The notes beneath the pieces are model-generated. The model was not told the origin of the DNA, did no database searches, and saw nothing but the letters and a program-made list of their open reading frames with translations. DNA of 24,000 nucleotides, taken from the NCBI GenBank assembly GCA_036260075.1, contig DATAAM010000223.1, positions 1,489 through 25,488 on the forward strand. The letters are read 5' to 3'. The stretch is from Acidimicrobiales bacterium (GTDB lineage: Bacteria; Actinomycetota; Acidimicrobiia; Acidimicrobiales; JAHWLA01). Positions 7,448 to 13,922 of this stretch are shown piece by piece. The first letter of the stretch is position 1. Every line of letters starts with the position of its first letter. The position numbers and the translations under genes were made by a program.

Positions 7448-7474
7448 ACGCTGGGCCCTGAGGAGGGAGGGTGG

Positions 7475-7789
7475 ATGGTCGGAGCGAAGAGCCGGGACCA
7501 AGTCCAAGCTCTTTCGAAGAGCGCTTTGGGCCGCGACCATCGATTGACCCTTGCGCGTGCGATCCTCGCCAGGGGCGACGACCTTTTCGATCTTGCCACG
7601 CTCGAAGAAGCAACGGGGGTGCCAGACGCGACCGTCTTCAGGGAGGTGGCCGAACTTCACGATCTTGGAGTTCTGAACAGGGTTGAGGATCGGAATCGAG
7701 TCTTCTACCACAGAGTGGACAGTCCCTTCTGGGCCTGGTGCCAAGAACTCCTCGACCGTGTTACTGGAGCCGACTCGTCGGTTCGCTGA
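7475..7789 (+). CDS. Small winged-helix (ArsR/MarR-like) transcriptional regulator
   Basis: ATG 7475 with AGGAGGGAGG at 7461-7470. HTH-like segment LATLEEATGVPDATVFREVAELHDLGVLNRVEDRNRVFYH. Divergent from the PRTase cassette. Confidence 0.65.
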   Translation: MVGAKSRDQVQALSKSALGRDHRLTLARAILARGDDLFDLATLEEATGVPDATVFREVAELHDLGVLNRVEDRNRVFYHRVDSPFWAWCQELLDRVTGADSSVR

Positions 7790-7822
7790 GTACATTGCAC
7801 TTGGCGATGCCTGTCCCGCCAC

Positions 7823-8026
7823 TCAACCGGCGTTTCGCTCTGCCCAGCGCACGATCTCCGAACGCAGCCAGAGCCTCGTACGACCGCCCCCACGCTCGAC
7901 GACCGGGCGGGGCATGTCGGCGTAGCGCTTTTGGTACGTGGAGACGCTGTTGCGGTGCGACAGACCGAGGAGCTCAGCGACCTCTTGCGCGTCGATCAGG
8001 TCCTCCGTGTTCACCTTCGGCGCCAC
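7823..8026 (-). CDS. Excisionase/AlpA/MerR-type small HTH DNA-binding protein
   Basis: LIDAQEVAELLGLSHRNSVSTYQKR ... RLWLRSEIVRWAE matches the Xis-family HTH pattern. GTG start at 8026, 6 nt after a TAGACT -10-like hexamer on the minus strand, which suggests a leaderless transcript. Confidence 0.65.
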   Translation of the reverse strand: MAPKVNTEDLIDAQEVAELLGLSHRNSVSTYQKRYADMPRPVVERGGGRTRLWLRSEIVRWAERNAG

Positions 8027-8044
8027 GCGGCCAGTCTACGAGCG

Positions 8045-8073
8045 TTGACAAACCTCGGGTGGATCCCTAGTCT
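8045..8073 (+). promoter_or_regulatory. Sigma-70/HrdB-like promoter for the 8154.. operon
   Basis: TTGACA (8045-8050), 17-nt spacer, TAGTCT (8068-8073). Confidence 0.45.
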
Positions 8074-8085
8074 ACGAACGTAGAC
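8070..8085. promoter_or_regulatory. Perfect 16-bp palindrome overlapping the -10 hexamer; probable operator
   Basis: gtctacgaacgtagac. The 9-mer agtctacga also occurs at 8033-8041 and 8069-8077. Confidence 0.45.
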
Positions 8086-8153
8086 ATACCAGGTGGCCGG
8101 GGCGCTGCGCGAACAGCCCCCGGCCTGGCCGATTCCTGCAAGGAGGAACCGAC

Positions 8154-8423
8154 GTGGCCGAGGCTACGACAGCGAAGGCACCGTCCCACGCGACCCGCAA
8201 GACGATCGTGCATGCGACCGACAGGGGACTGGAGCTCGAACAGGAAGTGGAGGCGTTCGCCGTCCACGCCAGTGAGGCGTTGGAGGCGTTCACCGAGGAC
8301 GTAGGACCGCTCAACCTCTCCGACAAGCGGTACGAGCTGGTCGCGGCTGCGTCCGGCCTGGCGGGCCTGTTCAACCTCGTGGAACGCATGAGGGAGACGC
8401 TGGACGGGGTGACGGCGGCATGA
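8154..8423 (+). CDS. Hypothetical 89-aa protein
   Basis: GTG 8154 with AGGAGG at 8141-8146. ATGA overlap with the next gene. Confidence 0.55.
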   Translation: MAEATTAKAPSHATRKTIVHATDRGLELEQEVEAFAVHASEALEAFTEDVGPLNLSDKRYELVAAASGLAGLFNLVERMRETLDGVTAA

Positions 8424-8647
8424 CGAGGTATCCCGGCATCCACGTCTTCACCGCTCGCATGCCCGTCGGCGAGTACGAGGCACTGAAGGCATTCGCCTAC
8501 TTCACCCGACGTCCGATCAACGACGTCGTCCTGACGGCTGTTCGGTCCTACCTGCGGCAGCAGGTGGCCGAGGACCACCTGAACGAAATGGTGGAGCAAC
8601 TGCGAGCGACGCTCCACGAGACGTTCGAAGCCCTCGGAGAGCGGTGA
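8420..8647 (+). CDS. Ribbon-helix-helix (CopG/Arc-like) protein
   Basis: ARMPVGEYEALKAFAYFTRRPINDVVLTAVRSYL fits the RHH strand-helix-helix pattern. About 40% identical over 40 aa (hand alignment) to the chromosomal ORF 20191..20421. Confidence 0.6.
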   Translation: MTRYPGIHVFTARMPVGEYEALKAFAYFTRRPINDVVLTAVRSYLRQQVAEDHLNEMVEQLRATLHETFEALGER

Positions 8648-8904
8648 TGGCACGCGCCGCATCGCCAAGGTTGCCGATCGACCCCCTGCTCCGGCTCTGC
8701 GACGGCAACGTCGGTCTTCTTGCAGAGGCGCTCCGGCGACCTCGTCGGGTCATCACGCGGTGGAAGACCCTCGGGTTGCCGCTCGTCCAAGCGGACAGAT
8801 GCGCCGTGGCGGTCGGGCACCACCCGGTCGATCTCTGGCCCGACTGGTACGAAGCGACCGAGGCTTGGGCCACACACCGGAGTCGACGGTGTCGGGCCGC
8901 GTAG
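8644..8904 (+). CDS. Small putative DNA-binding protein
   Basis: GTGATG overlap with the RHH stop. The segment VITRWKTLGLPLVQADRCAVAVGHHPVDLWPDW resembles small HTH proteins of actinobacterial mobile elements (from memory). Confidence 0.45.
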   Translation: MMARAASPRLPIDPLLRLCDGNVGLLAEALRRPRRVITRWKTLGLPLVQADRCAVAVGHHPVDLWPDWYEATEAWATHRSRRCRAA

Positions 8905-9015
8905 TTCGGGGCGAGATCCCGAGGGCGTTCGCTCGACGAGCAGCGCGATCTGCTGGTCGGCCTCCGCGCCCTGCGGAACTACGGGCCTGAAGCCGCCGAG
9001 GCGGTCGAGGCTGTC

Positions 9016-9204
9016 ATGGAGCTGGGTCTGATCCGGCGCCTGCTGCTGTCCTGGGAGTTGGCCGTCGAGCTGGCCGAGGCCGAGGGCAGGGATGGGCGGC
9101 AGGCCATGGTCGACCTGCTCGGTGCCGATGATGCCGAACTCATCGAGGCAGCGCTGTTCGACCCGGTTCCCCGGCTCGTCTGTCTCGACGGCGGGGCCGG
9201 ATGA
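9016..9204 (+). CDS. Hypothetical small acidic protein. Same frame as 8644..8904, separated only by a TAG at 8902-8904.
   Basis: The frame is open from 8905 and coding-like (SLDEQRDLLVGLRALRNYGPEAAEAV...), but the first canonical start is ATG 9016. Confidence 0.35.
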   Translation: MELGLIRRLLLSWELAVELAEAEGRDGRQAMVDLLGADDAELIEAALFDPVPRLVCLDGGAG

Positions 9205-9209
9205 CCCGC

Positions 9210-9338
9210 TCAGGCGACTCTGTGCTCGGCGAGGAACCGCTTGGCGGCGACGCGCAGGATGCCGACGATCGTGCGGTCCTCCGCCTCGGCGACAGCCCGA
9301 AGCTGGTCGTGCAGGTCGGCAGGCAGCCGAATAGTCAT
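9210..9338 (-). CDS. 42-aa ribbon-helix-helix protein
   Basis: MTIRLPADLHDQLRAVAEAEDRTIVGILRVAAKRFLAEHRVA is the C-terminal part of track ORF 9210..10433. It shows the RHH pattern and shares RLPAD with the other two RHH ORFs. The RBS is weak. Confidence 0.45.
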   Translation of the reverse strand: MTIRLPADLHDQLRAVAEAEDRTIVGILRVAAKRFLAEHRVA

Positions 9339-9818
9339 GGCTCGATCGGCTTGGTTCTTCTTCACCAATCGCGACGGTATCGCCGAGGCCCTACGGCAAC
9401 GCGGATCCGCCACATGGCTCGTACCTGCCCGGCACCATGTGGTTGCCCGCGGTACCGCAGTCGTCTGCGAGGGTCGGAAAGCAGTAGGGGGCCGCCCGCT
9501 CCGGAGGTATCCGGAGAAAATGGCCAGGACCGGGATGGCGACGACGTCCCCGGGAGCTCGGGAGCCCCGCTCCTGCGCGACGGAACGTGTGAGTTGGTTT
9601 CGTCGCGCAGGAGGATCAGGTTGGCTTCGCAGATCGAGCAGTTGGTTCTCGAGGTGGAGAACCCGAGCCGATGCCCGCATCCATCCGCTGTCACATGCCG
9701 GGACCGGCATGGCGTCCGACTGTGGAGTCGTGTCCTTGGAAGCGCGACAGGCGCGTTTGCTCGCGATCGCAGTTCTCCGCGTTGGGATGCGGGAGAGCCG
9801 TGGCGGGACCGAGACACT

Positions 9819-10723
9819 GTGACACGCCGGATCAGCCGGTTCGTGCCGAGCAGTGTGCCGCCCGACGTCTGGGAGCGAATCGCTCCGTCCGTCCGACGAG
9901 CGGCCGAACGAGCCGGCTCTACGCCCTACAGCGCCACCGCTCTGGCTTCGGTCACCGCCCAGCTCCTCCACTGGTGCGACCGGGAGGGGCTCCCGCTGCG
10001 CGATGAGGTCGTGCTGCACCCCGACACGGTCGACCGCTTCATTGCGGCTGGGTGCGGTCATCTCCGGCACGGGACTCGCCTCAACTATCAGAGCCAGCTT
10101 CGCCGAGTGGGCGAGCTTCTCGTCGGTCCTCCGCTCTATCCGACCCGCAGATATTCGACCGGCTCCTCCGACCCGATCGCTCCGTACACGGAGGAGGAGG
10201 TCGCCGCCCTCCTCGGGTGGGCACGCGGGCTGAGCACGGCCCGCATGCGGCAGAACTCGCTCGTCCTCCTCTCCTTCGGACTCGGTGTGGGCCTGACCAG
10301 CCGGGAACTGAATGCGCTCGTCGGCACCGACGTCGCCTCGGACGATGACGGAGTCCTGGTGCACGTCGTCACAGGGCGTCGCCGCCGTGTCGTTCGCGTG
10401 CTTCGCAGGTGGGAAGAGCATGTCCACACGCACGCCGAACGAGTCGGCGGGAAGGGGTATTCCTGCCGGGCCGTGATCGTGTCGGCCGCAAGGACATCAG
10501 CCGCTTCGTGGAGGGTTGTCCTCGGTCGGATGCCCCGAAGCTGAGCGTCCAGCGTCTTCGAGTCACTTGGATCGTCGGCCATCTGTTGGCGGGTACGCCG
10601 TTGCCGGTTCTCGAAGCCGCGGCCGGGGCCACGGCGTCGCAACTGGCCGCCTACGCGGCGTACATCCCCGAACCCGACGAGGCCACGGCGAACCACTGGT
10701 TGCGGGAGGCGACCTCGCCGTGA
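9819..10723 (+). pseudogene. Tyrosine-recombinase (phage-integrase fold)-like gene, apparently frameshifted
   Basis: Frame 0 gives YTEEEVAALLGWA...GLGVGLTSRELNALVGTDV...VLVHVVTGRRRRVV. The homology-like sequence then continues in frame 2: VFLPGRDRVGRKDISRFVEG...LSVQRLRVTWIVGHLLAGTPLPVLEAAAG...YAAYI. The switch lies at the G-run 10454-10457. The proposed start at GTG 9819 is uncertain. Confidence 0.5.
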
Positions 10724-12480
10724 CCTTGCCCACCCTCGCGCCCATGGCAATGCCCTCGTACGAGGACTTGCCTCGGCGCGGCGGGTGGACATTCGACGAC
10801 GACACCGTCCGTTGGGCGATGCGAGTGATCGACCGTTCTGGCTTGGTCGAGCAGTTGGACACATGGGCGGCTGACGCACGCCGGGGACCGGGAGGCCGAC
10901 CTGAGACGTTTCCACGGCGGGCCTTGCTCGTTGCCATAGCACTGGCCGCTCGGGAAGGACTGGCGATGCAGGCATTGGTGTTCTGCAACGTCCTCTTCCG
11001 TCACATCGGGCCGACCATGCGCGCCGAGTTGCGGGTTCCCAATCCGCCGTCGGAATCCGATGGGCATGGCTGGAAGGCCGTGTATCGCAACGTCAGGACG
11101 CGCCTTCATGGGATCCTCGAACTGGTCGACCCTTCGCCGTACCCCAAGAACCGCCGACTGGACGCAGCGGCGTTCGCAGAGCGCACGAAGGATCTTTCGG
11201 CCGACGAGATCGCGGAGCGCATCGAGAAGCTCACGTGGCTGGCGAACCGGATCATCGAGGCAAGCCTGCGAGAGTGCCCGGCGGAGATCCTCGACAACTG
11301 GGACGGCTCGATCGGACTGGATGCCACCCCGATCCGACTGTACGCCCGTCCTGAGAGGAGAGCCCGCGGTCGGCGAGGCAAGCAGCTGGTGGAGGTTCAT
11401 TCGTCCGATCCCGATGGGGCCTGGTACATGCGCGAGCACGATCACCGGGATCCCGATACGCAGCCCGACACGGGAGCGAAGAAGGGGAAGCAGGTCGCCA
11501 AGGCGTTCTGGGCGCAGGAGGCCACGATCGCCACGGCCAGTTCGAGCGATCCGCGAGCCAAGAGGAGCTTCCCCAAGCTGGCTGTCGGCATGGCTTCGCT
11601 TCACAAGCCGGGCCACCATCCCGACGAACACGGCATCCGTGCCTTGGCGAGCATCAAACAGCGCGGCCACCCCAGCGGCCTCCTTGCCGCCGATCGGGCC
11701 TACACCAACTCGAAGCCCGAGAACTTCCAACTGCCGGCTCGGGCCATGGGATACCGCCTGGTCCTCGACTACCGCGAGGATCAGCTCGGCATCCAGGGCT
11801 CGCATGCCGGAGCGCTCCAGATCGAAGGCGGATGGTCCTGTCCGTGCTTGCCGGAAGCGCTGGTGGATGCAACGGCCGACTTCCGTGCTGGTGGCATCAC
11901 CGAAGACGTGTGGCGTCAACGGCTCAGGGCACGGACGGCGTACCGGCTCCGGGAGAAGGAGCGACCCGACGCTGAAGGTCACGTTCGCCTCCAGTGTCCT
12001 GCCGCGGGACCGGCACCTACCTGCCGCTGCCCGTTGAAGCCCGCGTCCGTCTCCGATGCCACGGCCGGCAAGCCCCTCGTCCTCGTCACCGACGACGTGG
12101 CCCAGAACCCGCCTGCCATCTGTCGGCAGCAATCGGTGACCTTCCCCCCGGACGCCGGTGCCAAGTACCTCCAAGCGCTGGAATACGAGTCGCCCGACTG
12201 GCGCCGGGCCTACCCGACCCTGAGGAACTCCATCGAGGGCACGAGCGGCACGGCCAAGGACGGGGCCTACGAAGCTCTCGGCATCGCCGACAGGCGACGG
12301 ATCCGTGGCCAAGCGGCCCAAACCCTGTTCGTCGCCTTCCTGTTGTTCGGGACGAACCTGCGCATGATCGACAGCTTTCGGGCCCAGGCAAAGGCGGAGG
12401 AGGACGGCGTCATGCGCTTGCCCCGAAAGCGGCGACGGAAGACCCGGCCTCTGTCCGACCACCTGCCGACGACGATCTGA
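10720..12480 (+). CDS. DDE transposase, IS4-superfamily-like (IS4/IS1634/IS1380-type)
   Basis: GTG 10720 overlaps the upstream stop as GTGA. N-terminal GRPETFPRRALLVAIALA (InsH-N-like). Candidate catalytic residues are the D in IGLDATPI (aa ~201), the D in LLAADRAYT (aa ~325) and the E in YPTLRNSIEGTSGTAKD (aa ~506, a Y-R-E-K-like signature), followed by FLLFGTNLRMI. Confidence 0.75.
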   Translation: MTLPTLAPMAMPSYEDLPRRGGWTFDDDTVRWAMRVIDRSGLVEQLDTWAADARRGPGGRPETFPRRALLVAIALAAREGLAMQALVFCNVLFRHIGPTMRAELRVPNPPSESDGHGWKAVYRNVRTRLHGILELVDPSPYPKNRRLDAAAFAERTKDLSADEIAERIEKLTWLANRIIEASLRECPAEILDNWDGSIGLDATPIRLYARPERRARGRRGKQLVEVHSSDPDGAWYMREHDHRDPDTQPDTGAKKGKQVAKAFWAQEATIATASSSDPRAKRSFPKLAVGMASLHKPGHHPDEHGIRALASIKQRGHPSGLLAADRAYTNSKPENFQLPARAMGYRLVLDYREDQLGIQGSHAGALQIEGGWSCPCLPEALVDATADFRAGGITEDVWRQRLRARTAYRLREKERPDAEGHVRLQCPAAGPAPTCRCPLKPASVSDATAGKPLVLVTDDVAQNPPAICRQQSVTFPPDAGAKYLQALEYESPDWRRAYPTLRNSIEGTSGTAKDGAYEALGIADRRRIRGQAAQTLFVAFLLFGTNLRMIDSFRAQAKAEEDGVMRLPRKRRRKTRPLSDHLPTTI

Positions 12481-12624
12481 GCCTCACGAGCCGAGGTACC
12501 GGCCTTCAGAGGCGTCCTGTCGAGCAGGTCAGAACGGCCTTGAAGGTGCCTCTGGGCATCCTCCGACCAGATCAGGGGCCTGCTGGCCACCGATTCTCCG
12601 GGTTTTGTCGGCGGGAGCCGCCCG

Positions 12625-12640
12625 GTTGTGTCGGTAGCCC
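12625..12640. repeat. Right terminal inverted repeat (IR-R)
   Basis: gttgtgtcggtagccc is the reverse complement of IR-L with one mismatch. Confidence 0.75.
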
Positions 12641-12644
12641 GCGG

Positions 12645-12645
<1 letters not shown>
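12641..12645. repeat. Right copy of the 5-bp target-site duplication GCGGT; overlaps the tRNA 3' terminus
   Basis: gcggt is identical to 5339-5343. On the minus strand it reads ACCGC, i.e. the discriminator A plus CC of the tRNA and 2 further nt. Confidence 0.7.
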
Positions 12646-12728
<83 letters not shown>

Positions 12729-12817
12729 GTGGAGCAAGAGAGAGTAGCCGAACTGCGGCCTCCGCCCGTCCGTCGAACCGGGGCGGGCCGGACCCGTGGG
12801 TAAGGTACGGCCCGACC

Positions 12818-13474
12818 ATGGGACTCCAGCAGTTCGAGCGGCGCCTCGAACGCCTCGTCGAGGGCGTCTTCGCCAAGGCCTTTCGCAGCGGGCTCCAGCC
12901 CGTGGAGGTGGGTCGCCGTCTGACTCGGGAGATGGACCTGCACCGCACGGTCGGCGTGCGCGGCGTGCTCGTGCCCAACTGGTTCGAGATCGCGCTCGCC
13001 CCCGCCGACCACGAGCGGTTCGCCCCCTTCGAGGAGAGCCTGCTGCGCGACCTGGCCGACATGGCCCGCCAGCACGCCCGCGACGAGGGCTACTCGTTCG
13101 TCGGGCCCGTCGAGATCGCGCTCGAGCCGGATCCCTCGCTCACGCCCGGCATGTTCCTCGTCTCCTCCGAGGTGCGGGAGGGGGCGGGCGGCGGCGAGCC
13201 CGGGTCCCTCGTGCTGCCCGACGGCACCCGCGTGGAGGTCACCGGCGACCCCGTCACCATCGGCCGCCTGCCCGACTGCGACATCGTGCTCGACGACCGC
13301 AACGTGAGCCGTCGCCACGCCGAGGTGCGCCGCACGCCCAACGGCTTCACCGTGGTCGACCTCGACTCCACCAACGGCACGCGGGTCAACGGAGCGGGCG
13401 TCAAGGAGCGCCGCCTGGCCGACGGCGACAGCATCACGGTCGGGACCACCACCATTCGGTTCGAAGCCTCCTAG
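12818..13474 (+). CDS. fhaA: FhaA-like protein (DUF3662 N-terminal domain plus C-terminal FHA domain)
   Basis: MGLQQFERRLERLVEGVFAKAF N-terminus. FHA block VTIGRLPDCDIVLDDRNVSRRHAEV...STNGTRVNG. Synteny with fhaB-pstP-rodA-pbpA-pknB. Confidence 0.85.
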   Translation: MGLQQFERRLERLVEGVFAKAFRSGLQPVEVGRRLTREMDLHRTVGVRGVLVPNWFEIALAPADHERFAPFEESLLRDLADMARQHARDEGYSFVGPVEIALEPDPSLTPGMFLVSSEVREGAGGGEPGSLVLPDGTRVEVTGDPVTIGRLPDCDIVLDDRNVSRRHAEVRRTPNGFTVVDLDSTNGTRVNGAGVKERRLADGDSITVGTTTIRFEAS

Positions 13475-13484
13475 AGGGAGCGCG

Positions 13485-13922
13485 ATGCCCGAGTCGCTGC
13501 TCACGATCCTGAAGTTCCTCTTCCTGGCCCTGGTGTGGCTGTTCTTCGCCCGCGTGCTGCGGGCGGTGTGGGCCGAGCTCTCGCCCGCCGCCGAGCCCGC
13601 CCCCGCCGTCGGCGGCGGCCGTGGCGGAGTGGCCCGCCTGAAGGTGGTCGAGCCCGCCGACAAGCGGGGCCTCGCCTTCGACGTGGGCGACGAGCTCACG
13701 GTGGGCCGGGCGGGTGGCTGCCAGATCGCGCTGGAGGACGACAAGACCGTCTCCCAGCTCCACGCCCGCGTCTTCAGGGGGGCGGAGGGGCGCGTCTACG
13801 TCGAGGATCTCGGGTCGACCAACGGCACCTACCTCAACGCCAAGAAGCTCACCGGTCCCGCCGCCCTCCACCGAGGCGACCGCCTCCAGGTCGGCCGCAC
13901 GGTGCTGGAGGCCACCAAGTGA
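13485..13922 (+). CDS. fhaB: FhaB/FipA-like membrane-anchored FHA-domain protein
   Basis: N-terminal TM helix LLTILKFLFLALVWLFFA. FHA block LTVGRAGGCQIALEDDKTVSQLHARV...STNGTYLN. RBS agagggag. Confidence 0.85.
   Translation: MPESLLTILKFLFLALVWLFFARVLRAVWAELSPAAEPAPAVGGGRGGVARLKVVEPADKRGLAFDVGDELTVGRAGGCQIALEDDKTVSQLHARVFRGAEGRVYVEDLGSTNGTYLNAKKLTGPAALHRGDRLQVGRTVLEATK

Larger units (their letters stand above)
5344..12640. mobile_element. About 7.3-kb unit transposon / passenger-carrying IS (DDE transposase, 16-bp TIRs, 5-bp TSD)
   Basis: TIRs at both ends and a flanking GCGGT duplication. The transposase gene ends 160 bp from IR-R. Composition drops relative to the flanks: spot counts are 44/60 GC at 15001-15060, 39/60 at 11401-11460 and 24/60 at 5801-5860. 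Confidence 0.8.

Noticed and set aside
9201-9818. N-terminal roughly 200 aa of track ORF 9201..10544, and the bulk of the minus ORF 9210..10433.
   Set aside because: The translated sequence is Arg/Ser/Pro-rich and domain-free. The region is treated as non-coding apart from the 42-aa RHH ORF at 9210..9338.
10516-10719. Upstream extension of the transposase ORF (track start 10516).
   Set aside because: The extension overlaps the better-supported recombinase C-terminal frame. GTG 10720 gives a GTGA coupling and an N-terminus followed by an InsH-N-like segment.
5344-12640. A retron or other RT-based system, because PRTase-type accessory genes are associated with some retrons.
   Set aside because: No ORF with reverse-transcriptase motifs (such as YxDD) is visible anywhere in the element or its flanks.
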